Of a DNA stretch of 64,000 nt, positions 55,188 to 64,000 are shown piece by piece. Position 1 is the first letter of the stretch; each line of letters begins with the position of its first letter. Position numbers and translations under genes: made by a program. The stretch comes from Chrysomallon squamiferum. Lineage: Eukaryota > Animalia > Mollusca. The notes beneath the pieces are model-generated. The model did no database searches. It saw nothing but the letters and a program-made list of their open reading frames with translations, and was not told where the DNA came from. Where the stretch lies: contig CM022676.1 of the NCBI GenBank assembly GCA_012295275.1, positions 13,764,001 to 13,828,000 of the forward strand, read 5' to 3'.

Positions 55188-55695
55188 CTGCTATAATCTC
55201 CACTGGTTTGCTGTTTCCATTATCCAGCACAAACAAACTTTGTCTGTTCTATCCTAATTTGTTTCAGAAATCACATATCAGGTGTTTCAGTTACAATAAC
55301 AATGTCACTGATGCTGCTGGTTGCTGTACAAGTGGCTGGGACTGAATGACACTGGCTGCTTGCAATGCAGTTGTTGTCTGATCAGGACACTGTATCACAT
55401 TAACTGCCGATGTCACCGATGCAGCCTGCTGCTGCTATACAACTGTCTGCATCTGAGTGAATAAAAAATAAAAGTTGTAAAAAATAAAAATCACAAAAGA
55501 GTATGTTCATAAAGATTCCACTGATGACATTTCTTTAACAGAAAACAAGATATAAAATGAAAACAATTTCAAATGTTTTACCTGAGCTATATACTGCATT
55601 TCATATTTATTTGTTCACTTACCATCTGCTTGATTAACACCTGTCATCTGAGTGTTTCTGTCACATTTCATAAACTGCACTAGTCTTTCTTTCTT
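55188..55695 (-). pseudogene. Two decayed exons of an unidentified Q/A/V-rich protein
   Basis: Strong donors (atg|gtaagt ~55622; cag|gtgagt ~55187), acceptor ttcactcag| ~55452, QQAASVTSAVNVIQ...VIQSQPLVQQP with stops. Confidence 0.4.
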
Positions 55696-56102
55696 CTTAT
55701 CAGAAAACAATCAACACTAGAGTGGGATAAAGTAGTGTTCTGCTAATAGTGTTAAAATATTTTTCAAGAAAAAACAAAGTATTTTACTTATAAGCTCAAG
55801 TTTATAATAGTTTAGAGACATCAACAAAGTATCTAAATCAAATTATAATTCTCTAAGTTAAGGTTTCCATAGCTTCATTAACATTTTAAGACCAAAGTAA
55901 GTCACAATTAACACATACTAATAAAAAAGCACACACACATTTTTATTTTTTACACATATCAAGAAAAGAAAACATATAAATGAAACAAATAACATTATTA
56001 GTTTCATATCAAAAAGGTAAGGAAACATAATTTATCTAGTATAGATGAAAGTTATTTGTTTTTGTATTATTCTACATACAATTAATGTATTTAAGAATGA
56101 CA

Positions 56103-56154
<52 letters not shown>

Positions 56155-56799
56155 TCTGAATTATGTTTAAATAAATTAATTCTGGATTATGTTTAAAAAT
56201 TAATTAATTTTAAAATTCAAATTCTGAATATAGCCAATATATGAGGTGTAATAGCTGAACACCGCCAAAAATGTATACAAAATGTTTTTAGATTTTAACG
56301 TTAACCATGTTTCATGAATTACTGGAGAAAACATGTCTCCCGAACTGAACCCGGAAGCATAACTGCATTATACAAAACAAACTTTATCAGCAAGTAATTA
56401 ATGCACAGCGGTCAGCCTTTAGTTAGTGGTTGTGTAAAACGAACATATTTAACTACAAGGAATTTTGATCATTGCTAAAATATAACAGTTATTACCGTTA
56501 AGATGTGGAGAGAAAAATCAAACATCGATTTCCGAGGTCGGGGTTATGCGTTAATTTCCGCCGAATTAGAGAGAGCACCACACTCGAGAATTGTGTCAAT
56601 TAGACATTCTGAATCAAGTTTTCTGTACTTTACTAAACTTCTGTGGATTCATTACTACAGTAGACTATTATGAAAGATTATGTGAAGATAAATATAGTAA
56701 CCAGTGTACTACGTACTTCGAGTTAAGCAATCCTATGTCTTTGTTGTATCGAAATAAAGCGAACACTTAAACATAAGAAGTATTCAAAATAGTCACACC

Positions 56800-56802
<3 letters not shown>

Positions 56803-56882
<80 letters not shown>
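56803..56882. repeat. (GA)n microsatellite
   Basis: Seen directly. Confidence 0.95.
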
Positions 56883-56886
<4 letters not shown>

Positions 56887-56919
56887 TTGATTAAATAAAC
56901 TAAAAAATATAACATAAAA

Positions 56920-57643
56920 TAACACAATCTTTCTGCTTCCACAGTCTGTAGATACTCAAATTGCTTTCCAAACATTGTCATTTCCTCTTCTGCTGGAAGA
57001 CTGGCAGTTTGCTGTATCTTCTCACTGTTTGCATTGCCAGCACAGATCTGTTTTGGGACAATAAAAGGAACATGTATTTTATACAGACTGATAAATGATG
57101 ACCTAAAAAGGATTAAAAATCAGTTTCAGTGACATAAAACTGACAAGTAACCCTAAAGAACACAGTTAGCTTTTTCTTAAAAATAAATATGAAAACAAAA
57201 GTTAAAATAACAAACAAATGCATCCTATAATATAAAATCAATTAATGTAAGAAATAAAACTATATCATTAAAATTATATTTACTCCTTTATAAATGTTTC
57301 AGAAGAGATTCTGGTAAATATCACTTAATCTGTTACAAAAATTACACATTATTCAAATGAATTCTTACCCAGTGTAATGGCAGTCTATTACACCCTCCAA
57401 AGTGTAGATTTAGTCTCACATGCAGACAGTATTTTCAAATCACTGCCTTTGAATCCCTGGGACTCACACAAGCAAAATTAGTCATAGGCTTGAGGAAAAT
57501 GCTGCAAAAACTGAACTATCCTTTCTCTGTTTTCACATGTAAAACTGTGTGAATTACATTTTCTTCTGCCTGATTTTTTTATATCTCTCTAAGTTACCCC
57601 ATTCAGTTTGAAATGCTTCAATAACGCTATGAGTTTGTTCTGA

Positions 57644-57680
<37 letters not shown>

Positions 57681-57873
57681 TAAGCAGATACACATACACA
57701 TTCAAATGTAATGTTTAGTACATTAGTCCTTTTTAAAAATAAAGGAGAAATCACAAATTAAATGCAGCTTATAATCAAAATACACTAATGATTAGAAAAA
57801 GAAATACAAGTTCTCTCTGCTTTGTTCATTGCAGTGCTTTGTAGAACTCCCAGAATAACCATATCCTTTTCAG
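56920..57873 (-). pseudogene. Intron-containing transposase-like relic (Sola-like), copy B
   Basis: Segments EKDMVILGVLQS; NKLIALLKHFKLNG; RERIVQFLQHF...GFKGSDLKILSACETKSTLWRV; HVPFIVPKTDLCWQC...SLPAEEE...EYLQTVEAERLCY. Splice sites at 57873, 57643 and 57369. Confidence 0.55.
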
Positions 57874-57961
57874 CTGCAAAACAAAGAAAATCTATATTCT
57901 TATAATACTGCAACACTGGTAAATTATTTGCAATGACTGTCCTAATTCAGATGATAAATAT

Positions 57962-58021
<60 letters not shown>

Positions 58022-58257
58022 ATTGATATGCATGGATGTTTCAAAAAAAAATTAATATAAAAATTGAAGTAAACCAACGTTAAATGAGGACAGTAAATAA
58101 AGTTTAGCAGGTGAGAAAAATAAGAAAATCAATGACTTTGCACTACAAAATCTGCAGGCGTTCCACTTTTCTTTTTTACAATTTAGTATTTACTTGTTTT
58201 TTATTCCGGATAAGTAATTGGTTATTTATTACACTTTAATTCTGGAACTGAAAAGTA

Positions 58258-58480
58258 AAACCAATAGCAATCACCTGGTTATAGAGTTATCTCCTATGAT
58301 AACTTGTTTCGTTAACCAACCGATAATTCTTTAACCCAACGGTTCTAAACGTTCGCTAGATTTGTTCGCTGGTTTCACTTTTGCCGATTAATTTTCGAAT
58401 TGAATAGGAAAAACAATAGCAAATACTTGGTTATAAAGTTATCTCCCATGATAACTTGTTCCGTCAACCAACCGATAATT
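58258..58480. repeat. Two ~70 bp direct repeats (period ~152 bp), each with a gttatc-N6-gataac palindrome
   Basis: Copies start at ~58258 and ~58411. Confidence 0.85.
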
Positions 58481-59651
58481 TAACTTAACCGAGTGGAAGT
58501 GCTCGCTGGCTTTGCTTTGGTATTAGTGTTTATAAATAGATGTTGGCAAATAAAGGTAAGCCGATACGTCCAACTTATGGAACTAAAAGCAATCCTTTTA
58601 TGTGAAATATAATTATGTATTATTAAGAAATCTATTTTCTAATATAGATTGATATATTAATGCTGTTTAAATATTTCAGTCAGAACATGTCACTAATTGC
58701 ATCTTGTGATAACTTTTAATATTTTGTAACATTAGCTGTTACAAGTTCTTCATAATGCTGAGATCATACAATTTTAAATTTATAATTTTAATATTTAAGT
58801 TTAACTGTAGCAAGTTTTTTAAATATAACTATCTTATACTGTTGTTCAGCTGATTTTTTTCCCTTGTTTAATAATTAATATTTATATATTGTTAAATGTT
58901 AAAATAACACCGTTTTTTCTATCTTCAGTATTTCAGAAACTGACTATCTGTTGCTGAAAGTGGAAATCTTCCTTCAACATTTTAATTTTTGTTTGCTACT
59001 GGTGATGTGATGTCACCTCTATTTCAACTGGAAAATCATTCAGAGGTAGATATCTTTCTTTTTTAAATTTATAATTATTTTTAATTTATGAAAATGACAC
59101 TCCTACATTATCATACATAGGTATATGGTTTATTTATTAATTATTTTAAATGTTGTTTTAAAATTAAGCTTCAAAGACTGATCAGGTATAATTTTATTTT
59201 TATCTTTTGGCATTCTTGTTTTTATTAGAAAAGAAACAACTGAGGTTTGCCTGAAAAAAAACCAGAGCTTAAAGCATGTTCCTCTGGTTAAAAGTTTTAT
59301 AATATTTGTAAGAAATTAAATATATTTATGCATTAATTAATTATTCTAATATATATTGAAAACATGGTGAAAGTAATGAAAAATAAATAGATAAAATGGT
59401 GAAAACCCTTTATTCCACTCCTGTTTTATTATGACTGTTATTTTTTAGTTTAGTTCTTAGTATTATTTACTCATTTATTTTTATTGTTATGATCATCATT
59501 ATTATTTTAATTTTATTATTGTTATTATCAATGATAAACATTTAACATCTTTTGGGTCATGTTTTTTATTCACAAATAATTAACTTTGATAAGTTAAGTA
59601 TAAATCTTTTATAAATTTCAGTATATCATATATTTTAATTATTTCACACAG

Positions 59652-62034
59652 TTCTCTGGTGTGAGACACTATAAGTCTACCTGACTCTGAAGATTTCTGG
59701 TCAAACATCAGCTGACTACAGTCTGAACAAACTGGAGGAAGAATCCCAGCTTTGTTATAAAATCTTCACTTACATCCAGCTACTCACACTTTTAGCAGGT
59801 AGACTGGCTTTTTAAAATTATACTTTGTTGTTTCTTATTGGAAGCAATAAAATACAATGAACTGAAATGAAATGAAACAATCCTAACTGCTTTAAATATT
59901 TAAATTATATCATAGCGAACCTTTATCCCAGGAAATCCATCTGAATCTCAAAACAAAAATATATATTTGTTTTAGTTTTGAAAATGTCATGTTGATCGAG
60001 GAACACCTTGTGTTCCAGATAGAACATCATTTCCAGGTGAAAGAGGTAACCATGGAGATCCAGGTCTTAATGGATTACCTGGTCTTAAAGGTGCCCAAGG
60101 GAAAATGGTTTCCCACAGTAACAAGATATATCATGTTAAATGAAATAAACAAATAAACAGAACTGACAGAAAGTATAGATAGCTATCAGTGTTCTAATGA
60201 TACTACTAATACTATTAGTTTCCAGCATTTACCAAACACTAACATGTTTTATATCCAAAGATTGCATTGTCCTTTAAAATGTTAAATGAAATTTATATTT
60301 ATTTTTTTCACTTTTAAACAAAATATGTATTTTATTGTTTCACGGTTTTAAACAGGAGAACCAGATATGTATTAAACAGCTGTGTCTTTTTATGTTTTAT
60401 TATTTATATTTTTTAATGGTAATCTTCAGACAAACACTACACAAAATTTATAGACAAAGAAAAAAAGGAATCTTATATTGAAAGCACTGAAAATAAAATT
60501 ATTGATTATTTAAATATGAGTTTTGAATATTTCTGTGGCCCAAGAAGTGACATTGGAACTTCATTAATAGATAAAAATCTACTTAACACCATTTTTATTT
60601 ATACATTTTCGGGTTATAAATCATATTTCATGCTTAGTTTTGAGAAAAACTATAAAAGAAACCCATAGAAAAAGCTGACAGTTACCAAATAAAAGTCTGG
60701 TCTAACAGAAAACCTTACTTTAACATTGTTTAATCTAGACAAACAACATGTCTTGTACAATTAACTGACTAATACAAATAAAAATACTCAATTAATATCT
60801 GAATAATAAAATTGTGTTTCTCTCTGGTACAGGTTGTGATAGTTTATCAGGTAGAAAAGGTGAAGCTGGTTAAAAGGTGAAGCTGGATCCTGTGGCACTT
60901 GGTGTTCAAGGCCATCATAGTAATGATGGTGTTCCTACTCTATCAGATTTCCTGATGTGTCTGCGAATCCAGATTCTGGTTTCTTGTTTCACTAGGTGTG
61001 TAGGGAAGAAAACTGCAGGAAATACAAGATGTAGGTTGACTACTCACTTGTTTGTGTCACTAACAACTCCAGAGCACATGTACAGGATTTGTGTAGTTGA
61101 CTGAATGATATATTTTTCTTTCTATTGAGATGTCTTATTTTATTGAACTTATGACTTAGTTTCATGTTCTAATAACAAAACTGACGATAAGATAAACTAA
61201 ATAAATAAATAAATTAATAAAGATATTTAAAATGTATTTTTCTTTAAACTTTTTAAAATTTTAGCTTTTCTCACGATATGTATTTAATGAATGAGAAGAT
61301 TGTTAAAGTTTTACAAACAAACAGAAAAAACTGTTCTAACAGTAAAAAAATAAACATTACACTGCAGGTAGTGCAGTCAGCTTTTTGAGAAGATTTACAA
61401 CAATGTTTTTTTATGTTCTACAACACCAAAAATGTGTGCAGCACAGCATCACAGAATGATTACAGTTACTGGCTGTCAACACTGGAGCCGATGTTGATGA
61501 TGATGATGAATTGAGTGAGATGTGAACAGACCAGGCAGACATCAGCAGTTTGTGAATCTCCAGACCCTGTAAGTCCTGCCCTGTACTCATTTTCAGAGCA
61601 TTAATATTTATTACTTAATCTTGAATACTCATATTTTTATTTGATTTTCATTAAATGATATGTAAAACTGACACATTTAGAATGAGAATGTTAACATTTG
61701 CTAGTATTCAGGGTTAAATCAGTATTAATGTCATAAATTTCAAGTTTTATGTTTATAAATTTAATAATTTCGTTTAAATGTATTGATATGGATTCAATAT
61801 TTATTTTTGTATATTGTGCAATATGTTTTTCAAAATATGGAATTTAAAATTAAAATATGGAATTTTGTTTTGTTTTATATTTTAAATATTAGTATTGTAA
61901 TGTTTTAATTATTACTTCCCTTACTCTGAGATTTATTTTTCTCGCAGGTTTTAGCTGTACACAGACAGACAATGCTCATTCTAGAATGTTCACTGGGCTG
62001 GTGTGGATTATGGATTGGCTAAAGTTTTGTCCTG
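59652..62034 (+). pseudogene. Type IV collagen 3' pseudogene fragment, copy B
   Basis: Gly-X-Y at ~60030-60105 (PGERGNHGDPGLNGLPGLKGAQG). Exon 60833-61092 ends DYSLVCVTNNSRAHVQDL. Exon 61368-61568 has [29 protein letters not shown]. Exon 61948-62034 reads VLAVHRQTMLILECSLGWCGLWIG*SFVL. Confidence 0.9.
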
Positions 62035-62159
62035 GTAAATTTGAAATAAGTTGTTTTAAATTAGTTTTGATTTTATAACTTCAACTTTAAAATTTCATTT
62101 CAGTTTTGATTTTATTGAGAACCAAGAAGTAATATGTTTCTTACAAATAATCTCAGTGT

Positions 62160-62562
62160 GTGTTTAAAACAGGGATGATATTGACTTCTATTTGATATAC
62201 AACTAGACAATTCTTTTTCAATTTGTATTTATTTAAAACATGGATGCTACTGACTTCTATTTTATATACAACTAGACAATTCTTTATCAATTTGTATTTA
62301 TTTAAAACATGGATGTTATTGACTTCTATTTTATATACAACTAGACAATTCTTTATCAATTTGTATTTATTTAAAACATGGATGTTATGGATGTTACTGA
62401 CTTCTATTTTATATACAACTAGACAATTCTTTATCAATTTGTATTTATTTAAAACATGGATGTTACTGACTTCTATTTTATATACAACTAGACAATTTTT
62501 TGTCAGTTTGTATTTATTTAAAACATGGATGATATTGACTTCTTATTTTATATACAACTAGA
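62160..62562. repeat. Minisatellite, ~6 x 69 bp
   Basis: gactt core at 62183, 62252, 62321, 62399 (unit has a 9 bp duplication), 62468 and 62537. Confidence 0.95.
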
Positions 62563-62964
62563 TGATCCTGTATCAGAAATTCGTTAATCTGAAGCTTTCT
62601 GAGCAGTTGAAAAAGTGATTGTTTTCTGATTGTTTTGTAGTGTTTTACTTTCATTTATACTGAATAATCCAGAGCACAATTTAGTAAATGTATTTTTAAG
62701 TAGTTATTGTTACAATCTATAATAATGAACATGATCTGTGTTAATCTTCACATAGAAATACATTTAGAAATGAGTATTTTCTCAGTAAACACAGCTGATA
62801 CATATTCATTATTTCTGTGCAGCTGGTGACACTGTTTGTATGGAGTAATTGTTACTTCTGTCACTACTTACAAAACTGTGTGTTTTATGTGATTAGAGGT
62901 AAACTGAGACTTTAGTAATCCTGGACCACATCTCATTATAAGTGAATACATAGAAGTACACTGC

Positions 62965-63024
<60 letters not shown>

Positions 63025-64000
63025 GATGATGTTGTTGTAGTTGTTGTTATTATTCAAATCTTAATACAGACTAATTAAAAGATAAATACAACAATGTGGA
63101 ATAAAATGTTAAAATATATGGTAATACCAAACTTATAAAATGACACTTTTTGCTATGTTTATTTTAGTATTTTCATTGTTATGCATGTCTAGGTCATTTC
63201 TTTGTAACTGACAAAAGTAGTAGTATTTCTGTGCTACCTGTAAAAATTGGTGGAGATTACAGAAGTTCAAAGTCACCACATTGCATTTTATATCTATGTT
63301 AATTTTCATATGCTAGTATTTTTAGGATAATTTTTGTTCATTTCCATAATCCCAGGATTAGAAAAATGGAATCATGCCTATCACGGAATCTTCTAGATAT
63401 TAATGTATTTCTGTGAGAGACAATAGAAGCCCTGTTAGAAAACAATTGAGCTTAAGAAGAAAATGCCAAACTGAAGTTAATTTCTTTTGTTTCAATACCA
63501 CTTTCCACAGTTATATAATTAGCACTGAAGAATTTCTATTGATCAACTATTTTATATTCAGCACAATCCCAAGCAAGAGGAGTATTTTATAAAGCAAGAA
63601 TACCAAAATGTCACTGATGTTTCTGTCCCAGGTCAAGTATGTGTTAGTCAGTGTAAAAATATTACAAAAGTGTTTATCTGATGCACTGTATTACTTTATT
63701 TATAAGTTGTTGTTTTCTCATTTTCAGTTTGGAAGTATTTTATAATAGTCATAATGAGATTTGTTTTCATTTTCTAAACCTTGTCACACAGTTTTGTTTC
63801 ACTGGTGTTACTACTGGTGAAATCTGTGAGTTGAGAAATAACAGCCACTCCTAGTTGATCTTCCAACATGTAGATGTCAGCAAAGAAGTAGTACATGCAC
63901 AAGAATGATTCTGTTTTTCTAAAATATATCAGTAAAATGAACTGATGGTTTATTCAGTCTCATTAGTGTTGTTGTCATAAACCTGGGTCAGTTTGTCCTC

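Larger units (their letters stand above)
55695..61725. repeat. Inverted duplication, right arm
   Basis: Matches 37200-42165. Extra blocks at ~57487-58088 and ~58195-59008. Confidence 0.92.

Noticed and set aside
37200-61725. Arms as giant TIRs of one transposon (Polinton/foldback-like)
   Set aside because: No terminal motif, TSD or internal mobility genes. The arms are made of gene relics with large indels.
62800-63900. Possible further collagen/NC1 remnants
   Set aside because: Too degenerate to support by eye.

Overview
AT-rich, intron-containing animal genomic DNA, probably mollusc (inference), with two N gaps (22494-22693, 42182-42381). Only one gene is clearly intact: a two-coding-exon BTB-BACK-PHR gene on the minus strand (44347-42841, 434 aa). 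The rest is duplicated and decaying material. (1) A 5'-truncated RNase H-bearing LINE. (2) An ~11 kb direct duplication (about 5485-16763 and 22694-33568) carrying an Ig-FN3-transmembrane receptor fragment, two TIR elements, and Tigger, MULE and Tc1 relics. (3) A 5-6 kb inverted duplication (about 37200-42165 and 55695-61725) flanking the BTB gene, carrying type IV collagen pseudo-exons (Gly-X-Y plus NC1) and a spliced transposase-like relic. The most unusual signals are a 6 x 61 bp minisatellite built from the end of a collagen IV NC1 exon, a 146 bp inverted copy of the neighbouring LINE inside an intron, triplicated 5' exon/promoter modules upstream of the BTB gene, and a frame-preserving minisatellite open on both strands. 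I see no convincing new biological system. Family assignments come from motif recognition by eye, with no searches run.
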